From: a virus
Taxonomy: Duplodnaviria; Caudoviricetes
DNA: 37,465 nucleotides
IMG/VR virus record: IMGVR_UViG_3300031689_000017
Span: 1 to 37,465 of that record
Strand: one strand, 5' to 3'
Part shown: positions 26,355 to 34,169 of the stretch, piece after piece
Numbering within the stretch: the stretch's first letter is position 1
Layout of the letters: every line of letters begins with the position of its first letter
Notes under the pieces: model-generated
The model's database searches: none
What the model was told of the DNA's origin: nothing
What the model saw: only the letters and a program-made list of their open reading frames with translations
Made by a program: the position numbers and the translations under genes

Positions 26355-26951
26355 TCATGTCAGCACTTTGCGGTGACTGTCCCGCGCCATACCGAACAGT
26401 TCTGCCAGCGCATCTAGGGCAAAGCTAAGGTTGCGGTGATCGGCCTGCGGCCAGCTTCCCGCATCCTCGTCGATGCAGATCAGCCGATAAGCCAGAACGC
26501 TCGGTGCTTGGCCTGGTGATGCCTGGCGATCCCGGTCGCATTGGTCGAGCACGCTGAGCACGGCGACATAGTGCCGCCGCACCTTCTCGATCAGTTCATG
26601 GCCGGGCGCAGCACCGCCACCGCCGAGTACACCGTCGCTGGCCAAGATCCCCGTGACAGAAGCCGGGAACGGCATCGGCCAACCCATCACCGCGTGGTGC
26701 CGGTGATAGATCTCAGCGTATTTCTGGCCGGCAGCATGTTGCTCCGCGGTGATCACTTCCCCGAACGCCAGCCGTCCCAATGCCGTGCCCAACCGTTCAT
26801 CCCGGGCCTGCCTGGCTGTAACCCCGTAATGGCGCTGCCGGGCATCCAGCACCGTGGCCATGACCTCGCGCTGGGTTTCGGCACCGCTGGGCTGCACCAG
26901 CTTGCCCGACGGATGCCGTTTGCCTGCCTTGCGCTTACGCCCTTTTGCCAC
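26355..26951 (-). CDS. Hypothetical basic protein, possible late transcription regulator (198 aa)
   Basis: GTG start with GGAGG RBS, basic N-terminus; last gene before the packaging module (function inferred from position only). Confidence 0.65.
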   Translation of the reverse strand: MAKGRKRKAGKRHPSGKLVQPSGAETQREVMATVLDARQRHYGVTARQARDERLGTALGRLAFGEVITAEQHAAGQKYAEIYHRHHAVMGWPMPFPASVTGILASDGVLGGGGAAPGHELIEKVRRHYVAVLSVLDQCDRDRQASPGQAPSVLAYRLICIDEDAGSWPQADHRNLSFALDALAELFGMARDSHRKVLT

Positions 26952-27123
26952 GAGCGCCTCCGTACAGCCGTTCGCCGATCGCCCGGAGGGCTTCACGCTC
27001 CATAGCGCTGAGACGGTAATCGCTCACCGAGACGGCAAGAATTCCGGCCTTCCAGCCATCGCGTTTGAGCTCTTCGCCGTCGCGCTGCCGAGCGTGACCG
27101 TAGATTTTCGAGATCATGGTCAT
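26935..27123 (-). CDS. Hypothetical protein (62 aa)
   Basis: MTMISKIYGH...; TGATG coupling with the upstream gene. Confidence 0.65.
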   Translation of the reverse strand: MTMISKIYGHARQRDGEELKRDGWKAGILAVSVSDYRLSAMEREALRAIGERLYGGARGKRA

Positions 27124-27377
27124 CAGCCGATCTCCCGCAGGAGGGCGGCATAGCCGATGACATCGACCACGCTGTCGGCATGGCGGGGATCGTAGCCAAG
27201 CCGGGTCAGCTTGAGGTCGATCATGCACAGCGCGACCTGTGCCGGGGTGACCGGCATATCGAGGGTGATCGACCAGCGCGACGCAATGGCTTTGAACTGG
27301 TCAGCCGGATCGCCGTAATCGTCGCGGCGTTCTTCGAGCACCTTGGCGGTGTGGCCAAGAATGGACCAGCTGGTCAT
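27123..27377 (-). CDS. DUF6378-like phage protein (84 aa)
   Basis: ERRDDYGDP...VALCMIDLKLTR...DSVVDVIGYAA pattern; ATGA overlap. Confidence 0.8.
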   Translation of the reverse strand: MTSWSILGHTAKVLEERRDDYGDPADQFKAIASRWSITLDMPVTPAQVALCMIDLKLTRLGYDPRHADSVVDVIGYAALLREIG

Positions 27378-27913
27378 CGCACACCTCCTCGGGTCTCGAT
27401 GGCCCAGAGCAGGATGGCAATCGCATCGGCCTCGTTGTCGTCGGCCGGTGCAAATCCCTTGGTCTGCACCGCGGCAATGACGGCCGCCTTGTCGGCATTG
27501 CCCTTGCCGGTGATGAACTGCTTGATCGTGCCCACCGGGACACCCTGGTAGGCAACCAGGTGTTCCTCGCACCAGGCGCTGAGCGTAGCGAGTAGGCCGC
27601 CATAGACATGAGCGGCATCGGTCCCGACATGCCGTCGCACCTCCTCGAAGTGGATGGCAGCGATCGGCCCTGCATCGAGGTCGAGCTGCTCCAGCCAGCG
27701 GCGGAAGCGCAAGAACCGCATCCCACCGCCATCGAAGCGGGTGTGCTTGAGCGACACCGTGCCGCTGGTGATGAAGTCATCGCCCGTCTGCAGCGCCCAG
27801 CCGGTGCTGATGCCGAGGTCGAGGGCCAACGTTGAGCCCCGCATGATTGTGACCGGTCTTGCCACCGGCGGGGTTGCGCTGCGCACCGGCGCAGGCAGAG
27901 TCAGAATATCCAT
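27374..27913 (-). CDS. RuvC-like Holliday junction resolvase
   Basis: LALDLG..TGWA, FEEV, TGKGNADK, DDNEADAIAIL motifs. Confidence 0.85.
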   Translation of the reverse strand: MDILTLPAPVRSATPPVARPVTIMRGSTLALDLGISTGWALQTGDDFITSGTVSLKHTRFDGGGMRFLRFRRWLEQLDLDAGPIAAIHFEEVRRHVGTDAAHVYGGLLATLSAWCEEHLVAYQGVPVGTIKQFITGKGNADKAAVIAAVQTKGFAPADDNEADAIAILLWAIETRGGVR

Positions 27914-28027
27914 GATGATTCTCCGTCAAAAGGGATGGATCGTGGTGCGGACGGCGGCGGCGTGGTGCTTGGCGGTACTGGCTGCCGTCGTCCGGTCGGG
28001 GCTGGGTTCAGGGCATGGGCGTCTCCA

Positions 28028-28570
28028 TCAGAACGGGATGTCCGACAGTTCGTCGTCGAGCTGATCGAGCGTGGTGCGGCTGGGGCGGACGCTCACCACC
28101 TGAGCGCCGGGGAACGCATCCTTGGTGGCCGCGAGGATCGGGTGGCAGCGGATGACATTGGCGATTTCGTCGAGCGCCCAGACCTGGGCTTCGCGGCCAT
28201 GACGCTGGGCCCGGCCGGTATCGCGCAGGTCCCGCACCAGGATGACCAGGCCGTTCGGCGTCTCGAACTCCCACTGGTCAACCGGCAGCGGTTCGCCTTT
28301 CGCCTCGCGCGCAAGCTGGTCGAGCATGTCGTAGGCCCGCAGCATGGCATTGCCGTGCTGGCGCACGAGCGCGAGATTGAACTCCCACACCGCGGCGTTG
28401 AACAACTTGTGCTGGGCGTGGAACCGTTCGGCCCACTCGATGGGCACCAGCATGGGCAAGCGACCGATGCCCCAACGCTGATCCATTTCACGACCGCGCT
28501 GGTCGACGCAGTTGATGATGACCTGCATGTCGCTGATCTGACCATGACGGGTCGGTGGCGCGCCTTTCAT
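28028..28570 (-). CDS. Hypothetical protein (180 aa)
   Basis: GGAGG RBS; acidic C-terminal DDELSDIPF tail resembling SSB tails. Confidence 0.75.
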   Translation of the reverse strand: MKGAPPTRHGQISDMQVIINCVDQRGREMDQRWGIGRLPMLVPIEWAERFHAQHKLFNAAVWEFNLALVRQHGNAMLRAYDMLDQLAREAKGEPLPVDQWEFETPNGLVILVRDLRDTGRAQRHGREAQVWALDEIANVIRCHPILAATKDAFPGAQVVSVRPSRTTLDQLDDELSDIPF

Positions 28571-28622
28571 GCGCCCCTCCTTTCATTGATAAAAATCGAG
28601 GCTGACGACGCGCTCGGGCGTT

Positions 28623-28747
28623 GTCGGAAGCCCCTAGGGGGTATGGGGGGGAAGCGACTGCGCGTTCCGACGGCTTCCGACCGGGCTTCCGACGCCTTCC
28701 GACAGGCTTCCGACTGACGGAAAACCGTGCTTCCGACTGCTTCCGAC
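28623..28747. repeat. Iteron cluster, putative phage replication origin
   Basis: TTCCGAC at 28665, 28675, 28687, 28697, 28708, 28731, 28741, plus an inverted copy at 28623; directly downstream of the primase-helicase gene. Confidence 0.75.
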
Positions 28748-28763
28748 AACTGGGTTTTGGGGC

Positions 28764-30797
28764 TCATCTGTCGGGCTCCAGGTACTTGACGACCCGCAGT
28801 CCAGAGGCCTTGCCGTGGAACTTTCCGGCCTCGGTGACGAGGTAACCGTGCTGCTGCCACTTGGTGATGGAGGTCTCCGCCTCGCGCTTGGTGACGCCAT
28901 ATTGGTCGGAGATCAGGTCGACAGCGAACCGCCCCTTGCGACGGGCATGGGGGAATGCCGACCAGGGTGATCCCGCACGCCAGGCCTCATCGATCGCCTG
29001 GAAGATCTCGCGGATTTGGTGCCAGCTGAGGCGCTTTTCACCGACGGGCGTTGCCCCGGTTCCGAGCACCGGTACCAGCGTCGACTGCTCGGCCCCGAGC
29101 CCCGTGGTGAGGTTGACGACCTTCATGGTGAAATGCAGGTCGTCGAGCTCTTCACCGTCCTTTTGCTTCTCGACCGAGAGAACCGTGGTGGCCTCGTCCT
29201 TGGCGACCCGGATCGAGGTGTCGCAACCGCCCAGCAGCACGGTCGAGCCGCGCATGCCGCGGTCGAGATCCTTGCCGGCGTGATGAATGCCGATCACCGT
29301 GCCGTTGCAGTGCTGCTGGATGGCAGCGCAGCCATCGATGAACATCGACATGGCTTCCTGGCTGTTCTCGTCCTCGCCGGGGATGGAGCGCGACACCGTG
29401 TCGATCACGACCAGACCGATCTCGAAATCGGCCTCGGCACGCACCTGGTCGATCGTCCGCTTCAGCTTCTCAATGCTGGCAGGATCGAGCATGTGCACGG
29501 CGACGGGAAGCAGCCGGAACGGTGCGTCGACGCCCGTGAGTCCATGTTCACGGCGCCAACCCTTGATGCGTTGGCCGATGCCGAATTTGCCTTCGCCAGC
29601 GATGTAGAGGACGCCGGTCCTGCGGGTGGGCTTGCCGTGCCAGTCGAGGCCGTAGGCAACCCGCAGCACCATATCGAGGGCGATGAAGGTCTTGTGCTCG
29701 CCAGGCCGGCCATAGAGCAGGACCAGGCCGTTTGCCGGAACCAGCCCATCTATCCGCCAGCTGGGCGGAGGCATGGTGTCGATCTCGTCGAGGCTGAGGG
29801 TCTCGAACACGTCCTGGCTGGTTGCTGCGTCAGTCCCGAAGATGGCTTTGACAGCCTCGAGGCCGGACGTGGCCGCCATGTCGTTGAAGTCGGTGCCGAG
29901 GCTGGCGGCCGGGAACGTGGGAAACAGAGCCGGGCAGCCTAGGATGCGGGCCGCGGCGATCGCAGCCTCCCGGCCGACGTTCTTCGCCTTGCCCCGGTCA
30001 TCGTCGCCGGCAACGATCCAGGACGCGCCAGGATGGGCAGCGGTCAGGCGTTCGGCGACCTTGACGAGATTGCCGGCATTGAAGGCCACCACGACGGTCC
30101 GGCCTGTCGCTTCATGCAGCGTGGCGCCGGTGGCGAAGCCCTCGCAGACGAGGACCGGACCGTTAGCATCAGGAAGCCTGGGGCCGATGACGAACAGCCC
30201 GCCAGCGGTCGGCAGGTCCGAACAGAACAGCTTGTGCCCTTCGGCGTCGATCGTCTGCAGGGACTGGATCTTGCCGTCCGACCCGTGAAGGGGGACGAGA
30301 ATGTGCGCGCCATCGAGCCGCGTGCCGTTGGGGCCAATGCCCTTGGCAGCGAGATAAGGATGGCTGATGTAGGTAGGATCAGCGGCGATCCAGCGCTCGC
30401 GCGCCTGGAGCATGGCCGCGTCGCGCCGTACTGCCTGTTCCGCCTCGAAGCGCGCCTGTCGGGCCTTGAGCTCGGCGACGCGGTCGGCGGACATGACCGG
30501 GAAGGTTCCGCCCGTCAGGTGCTCGGCCGTTGCGCGAATGTCGAGGCCGGCCTGGTGCTGGAGAAAGTCGAAGATGTCGCCGTGGGCCCCGCAGCCATAG
30601 CAATGGTACCGCTGGTCCTGCGGATAGACGGTAAACGACGGCGTGCGCTCGTCGTGGAACGGGCAAAGGCCCACGAGCTGGTGGCCGCGGCGCTTCAGGG
30701 CAACGTGCTGGCTGACCGTCTCGGCCAGCGGAAACTGGTCCTTGATGGCCTCGATATCGATGCCGCCTGTTTCGATGCGACGCGCCATCGCGGCCAT
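28764..30797 (-). CDS. Primase-helicase: zf-CHC2 + TOPRIM + AAA_25 (RecA-like) domains
   Basis: CPFHDERTPSF..CYGC; CEGFATG, AGDDD, TDFND; GRPGEHKT, VVIDT, HHAGKD, RGST. Start is one of 30788/30797/30809. Confidence 0.9.
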   Translation of the reverse strand: MAAMARRIETGGIDIEAIKDQFPLAETVSQHVALKRRGHQLVGLCPFHDERTPSFTVYPQDQRYHCYGCGAHGDIFDFLQHQAGLDIRATAEHLTGGTFPVMSADRVAELKARQARFEAEQAVRRDAAMLQARERWIAADPTYISHPYLAAKGIGPNGTRLDGAHILVPLHGSDGKIQSLQTIDAEGHKLFCSDLPTAGGLFVIGPRLPDANGPVLVCEGFATGATLHEATGRTVVVAFNAGNLVKVAERLTAAHPGASWIVAGDDDRGKAKNVGREAAIAAARILGCPALFPTFPAASLGTDFNDMAATSGLEAVKAIFGTDAATSQDVFETLSLDEIDTMPPPSWRIDGLVPANGLVLLYGRPGEHKTFIALDMVLRVAYGLDWHGKPTRRTGVLYIAGEGKFGIGQRIKGWRREHGLTGVDAPFRLLPVAVHMLDPASIEKLKRTIDQVRAEADFEIGLVVIDTVSRSIPGEDENSQEAMSMFIDGCAAIQQHCNGTVIGIHHAGKDLDRGMRGSTVLLGGCDTSIRVAKDEATTVLSVEKQKDGEELDDLHFTMKVVNLTTGLGAEQSTLVPVLGTGATPVGEKRLSWHQIREIFQAIDEAWRAGSPWSAFPHARRKGRFAVDLISDQYGVTKREAETSITKWQQHGYLVTEAGKFHGKASGLRVVKYLEPDR

Positions 30798-30870
30798 GCT
30801 CACTTTCATTTCGGGATGGATCAGGGACCAGGGGATGCCGGGCCACCGCAGCAGCCCGGCATTCGCGTGA

Positions 30871-31503
30871 TCAGAACAGCGGTGCGCCCGGCGCAGCGGC
30901 AGCGGGCGGCGGCATGTGCGCAGCTGGGGCCGGCGGCGTTGCTGCCGGCGCTTGGGCGACCTGCGTGGGTGCTGCCGTTGCCGGCTGGTCACTCTCACCC
31001 AGCGCCTCGGGACGATCGGTCCAGCCGACGATCTCGAACTTCGGCTGGTAATTGGTGCCGTGCTTATTGGTGACCGGAAAGACGCCGACACAGCGCACGA
31101 CCGGCAGTTGGCCAGTGGCAACTTCGGGCGCTGCCATCCAGGCATCGTATAGGTCGTTCATCGCGTCGATGACGATGCTGGCCGTGGACGAGAATTCGCG
31201 CACGCCGAGCAGGTTCTTGTCGCTGAACAGGTCGATCACGAAGCCGCGCTTGAAGTCCTGGCCGGGATTGGCAGCTGCTGCCGTGAACGACAGGTCCATC
31301 ACCTTTTCCGGCGCGACCCCGGCGGAGAATTTGAACCAGCCGGTTTTGAGACCCGGCATGTCGAACACCGCCGTCATGTCGGTGACTTCGAACAACGGCT
31401 CGTCCTTGCCGTCGCGCTTGGTGTACCAGCGGCCTGCTTTGGCGTTGTACGAGACAAACACCTTGAAATCACCGCCGCCAGACGGGGCTGTCATGAAACC
31501 CAT
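30871..31503 (-). CDS. Putative phage ssDNA-binding protein (210 aa)
   Basis: YQPKFEIVGWTDRP motif, Pro/Ala-rich tail ending in Phe; lies between nuclease and primase; AGAGG RBS. Confidence 0.6.
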   Translation of the reverse strand: MGFMTAPSGGGDFKVFVSYNAKAGRWYTKRDGKDEPLFEVTDMTAVFDMPGLKTGWFKFSAGVAPEKVMDLSFTAAAANPGQDFKRGFVIDLFSDKNLLGVREFSSTASIVIDAMNDLYDAWMAAPEVATGQLPVVRCVGVFPVTNKHGTNYQPKFEIVGWTDRPEALGESDQPATAAPTQVAQAPAATPPAPAAHMPPPAAAAPGAPLF

Positions 31504-31522
31504 GATCCTGTTTCCTCTTCTC

Positions 31523-32326
31523 TCAGTGAGCCGCATTCAGGCAGGCGGCATCGCCTTCGGGGGATGGCCCCCAAATCTCCTCAGCCGCTTGGCGGGCAGC
31601 CGGGTCGTTCCAGTAAAAGCTGTCGAAGTCCGGTGAGAGCGAACGGGTCAATTCCGCGCCGTCGTCCGACAGTGACAGGAAACGCTCGATCGACTGGGCA
31701 ATGCTAACCACCCGGGCGAGGTGCGACCGGGGATCATCGAGCCGGTAGACGCCGACCTTCTGGGGCGTGACATAAGCAAAGCGAATCTCGGCATTGCCGT
31801 GGGCGGCATGGTAGATCGCGCCCTGCCGGGCATGCGGATCGGAGATCTTGGACGACAAGCGAGCTTGCGTCTTTAGATCGACGATAATGCCGTGCTCTGG
31901 AAACCAGAAGTCGAGCCAGCCGATAAACGGCACAGGCACGCCGGGAAGCGCCACTTCGATCCGGTGCTGGCGATTGCCGTCGGCAGCTTCCGGAACACCG
32001 TATTGGCGCAGTTCGGCGAGGCCGATTGCCACGGCCGGGGCAATGGCTGCGCGTTCCTTGTCGACATTCGGGTTGCCAGACAGCGCAGTCAGCTGGTTGA
32101 ACCTGGCTATCGCCAGTTCCTGACAGGCCTCAACCGAAGCGGCGGGATCGAACAATCCCATCTCTACACCGGCCTCGATGGATGTGCCGCGGTGGGCAGC
32201 AGGGCCGACAGTCGATTTACGCCCCATCAGCTTCTGCATTGCCCACATCGAGGGCTGCGCCACGAACAGGTTGATCGAGGACGCTGACAGATGGTCGAGC
32301 CCATGGCGTTCGAAGGGGCCGCTCAC
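31523..32326 (-). CDS. PD-(D/E)xK (RecB/Cas4-like) exonuclease
   Basis: HLSASSINLF, GWLDF, IVDLKT, Q..IY motifs. Confidence 0.82.
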   Translation of the reverse strand: MSGPFERHGLDHLSASSINLFVAQPSMWAMQKLMGRKSTVGPAAHRGTSIEAGVEMGLFDPAASVEACQELAIARFNQLTALSGNPNVDKERAAIAPAVAIGLAELRQYGVPEAADGNRQHRIEVALPGVPVPFIGWLDFWFPEHGIIVDLKTQARLSSKISDPHARQGAIYHAAHGNAEIRFAYVTPQKVGVYRLDDPRSHLARVVSIAQSIERFLSLSDDGAELTRSLSPDFDSFYWNDPAARQAAEEIWGPSPEGDAACLNAAH

Positions 32327-32535
32327 TTGGCGACCTTCTTGCGACGCGGGGTCGGCTGATAGGTGATCATGAAGGTGCGGACGCGCGCTTCGGTGCCCGG
32401 CCAGAGTCGGCGACCGGCCTTAAGCTGACGAATCAGCTTCCAGTCGTTGACTGCGTGGCGGCCAAAGGCGCTCTCGCTGAGCTTATGAATCCGGAGGAAT
32501 GCGTCGATATCGGAGAGGAGCGGGTGCGATGTCAT
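32323..32535 (-). CDS. Cro-like small DNA-binding protein (70 aa)
   Basis: Small basic HTH-like protein (SAFGRHAVNDWKLIRQLKAGR), divergent from the cI-like gene. Confidence 0.75.
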   Translation of the reverse strand: MTSHPLLSDIDAFLRIHKLSESAFGRHAVNDWKLIRQLKAGRRLWPGTEARVRTFMITYQPTPRRKKVAK

Positions 32536-32541
32536 GTCCCG

Positions 32542-32570
32542 ATTATTACGGGATGAATCCTACATTTCAA
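32542..32570 (-). promoter_or_regulatory. Early lytic promoter for cro
   Basis: TTGAAA-N17-AATAAT; spacer contains an operator-like site; -10 ends 6 nt before the ATG. Confidence 0.65.
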
Positions 32571-32595
32571 TCCTCATCCCACTTTATGAATGCAT

Positions 32596-32617
32596 ATTGC
32601 GGGAACTGTCCCGCAAT
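32596..32617. promoter_or_regulatory. Candidate CI/Cro operator
   Basis: Perfect inverted repeat ATTGCGGGA-actg-TCCCGCAAT between cro and cI. Confidence 0.7.
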
Positions 32618-32632
32618 GCTAAGTGCAAGGCC

Positions 32633-33358
32633 ATGACAGAGAAACCACTTTTCGACATCGCGCATCTCCGCAGTGTCCTGGAAAAGGCTACGGCCTCCGG
32701 ATCAAGGTGGAATGCGCGCTCGCTCTCGCTGGCAGCGTCTGCGGGAAAGAGCCCGCATCTGGTGCGTGACATTATCCGCGGCAAGAGTGCCAACCCGCAG
32801 CTGGAAACGGTGCTCGGCCTTGCCAAGGCGCTCGAGATGGACATTGCGCAGCTGGTGCCATCGACCGCCACGCTGATGCCGCGGGTCGGCATGACGGGAG
32901 GCGTCGAGCAACTCGCGGTCGTGGGTGCGGTGGCCGCCGGCGTTTGGCGCGAACAGACCGATTGGGCGGCAGAAGACCGCTATTCCATTGAGGTTGGGCC
33001 CAATCCGGTCGCAGGCGGGGAGCGGTTCGCGCTGCGGATGGAAGGCCATTCGATGGACAAGATCATCCCGCCTGGCTCGGACCTCGAATGCCTGCGGGTC
33101 TCATTTGGTTTGGTCGAACCCCAGCCGGGCGACATCGTGATCGTCCAGCGTGATCGGCATGACCTGCACGAGCTCACCTGCAAGCGCCTCGACCATGACG
33201 GGACCAACTTCATCCTGCGTGCGGAATCGACCCGCGCCGAGTTCCAGGAGCCGATCGTGATCGGCAACCCGGACGAGGATAATCATGACGACGAAGGCGT
33301 GAACATCATCGGCATCGTGCTGCGCTCGCACCAGAACCTGTTCCAGCGGCGGCGCTGA
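32633..33358 (+). CDS. CI-like repressor, HTH + S24 peptidase (241 aa)
   Basis: N-terminal HTH; VAAG cleavage site, GHSMD (Ser), TCKRL (Lys); start MTEKP. Confidence 0.9.
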   Translation: MTEKPLFDIAHLRSVLEKATASGSRWNARSLSLAASAGKSPHLVRDIIRGKSANPQLETVLGLAKALEMDIAQLVPSTATLMPRVGMTGGVEQLAVVGAVAAGVWREQTDWAAEDRYSIEVGPNPVAGGERFALRMEGHSMDKIIPPGSDLECLRVSFGLVEPQPGDIVIVQRDRHDLHELTCKRLDHDGTNFILRAESTRAEFQEPIVIGNPDEDNHDDEGVNIIGIVLRSHQNLFQRRR

Positions 33359-33398
33359 CCGGCTTGCATTTTGCGGGAAGCTGGATGCCCGTCACGCG

Positions 33399-33427
33399 TT
33401 GACGCGGGATATATCCCACTTTATCCT
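33399..33427 (+). promoter_or_regulatory. Sigma70 promoter for the recombinase module with embedded operator
   Basis: TTGACG-N17-TATCCT, with GCGGGA-tata-TCCCAC at 33404-33419. Confidence 0.68.
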
Positions 33428-33501
33428 CCCCTCAACTGATCAGGGGATGGATCCGCAGAGGCGGCGCCCCGTGACGCCCAGCCATTGATGCGGAACCTTC
33501 T

Positions 33502-33720
33502 ATGCAATCCTCCCTCTGTGGTCCGAACGCCACGCCGCCCGATGATCTTCCGGCCGATGCCCGGCTTTCCGAGTTGGGCCGGATCCTGGCCGTGGGCGTG
33601 CTGCGCATGCGCCAACAGTCCAGTTCTATATCTGCCCCTGTGGGAGATAGTTCACTCGCTATCCCGGCCGCCAAGAGCGTCACTCGTCCCCGGGCACAAG
33701 CCCGGATCGGAGGACGATGA
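33502..33720 (+). CDS. Small hypothetical protein leading the DUF2924-recombinase module
   Basis: ARLSELGRILAVGVLRM helix; ATGA overlap with DUF2924. Confidence 0.6.
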   Translation: MQSSLCGPNATPPDDLPADARLSELGRILAVGVLRMRQQSSSISAPVGDSSLAIPAAKSVTRPRAQARIGGR

Positions 33721-34169
33721 TGCAGGTGGATGACAATACGCAGGTGCTGGCCAGGCTGGCGGCCCTGAAGGAAATGACGGTCAGGGAACTGAAGGCGGAG
33801 TGGGCAAAGCTGTTCAGCAGTGAGGCGCCCAACAACAGCCGGCCGTTCCTCGAACAGCGGCTGGCATACCGGATTCAGGAACTGACCTGGGGCGGCCCTT
33901 CCAAGCCGGTCAGGCAGCTGCTCGACGCGCTGGCCGATGAGGTCGAGGGCAAGAAGGTCCGCAAATCGGTCATCACCGATCCGCGCAACCCGGTCATCGG
34001 CACCCGGCTGGTGCGCGAGTGGGATGGCGCCGAGCACGTCATCACGGTTCTGAAGGATGGGTTTGACTGGCAGGGCCGCCGATACAAGTCGCTGTCGGCC
34101 ATTGCCCGCACGATTACCGGCACGCAGTGGAACGGCTACCGCTTCTTTGGTTTGCGGGGGATCGCATGA
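33717..34169 (+). CDS. DUF2924 family protein
   Basis: RLAYRIQE, GTRLVREWDG, YKSLSAIARTITGTQWNGYRFFG motifs. Confidence 0.9.
   Translation: MMQVDDNTQVLARLAALKEMTVRELKAEWAKLFSSEAPNNSRPFLEQRLAYRIQELTWGGPSKPVRQLLDALADEVEGKKVRKSVITDPRNPVIGTRLVREWDGAEHVITVLKDGFDWQGRRYKSLSAIARTITGTQWNGYRFFGLRGIA

Noticed and set aside
28623-28747. TTCCGAC repeats as a CRISPR array, with the PD-(D/E)xK gene as cas4
   Set aside because: Repeats are 7-9 bp with gaps of only a few bp, and there are no other cas genes; iterons fit better.
28567-28900. Short ORFs across the origin region
   Set aside because: Low-complexity translations of the iterons that overlap the primase 3' end; no convincing RBS.
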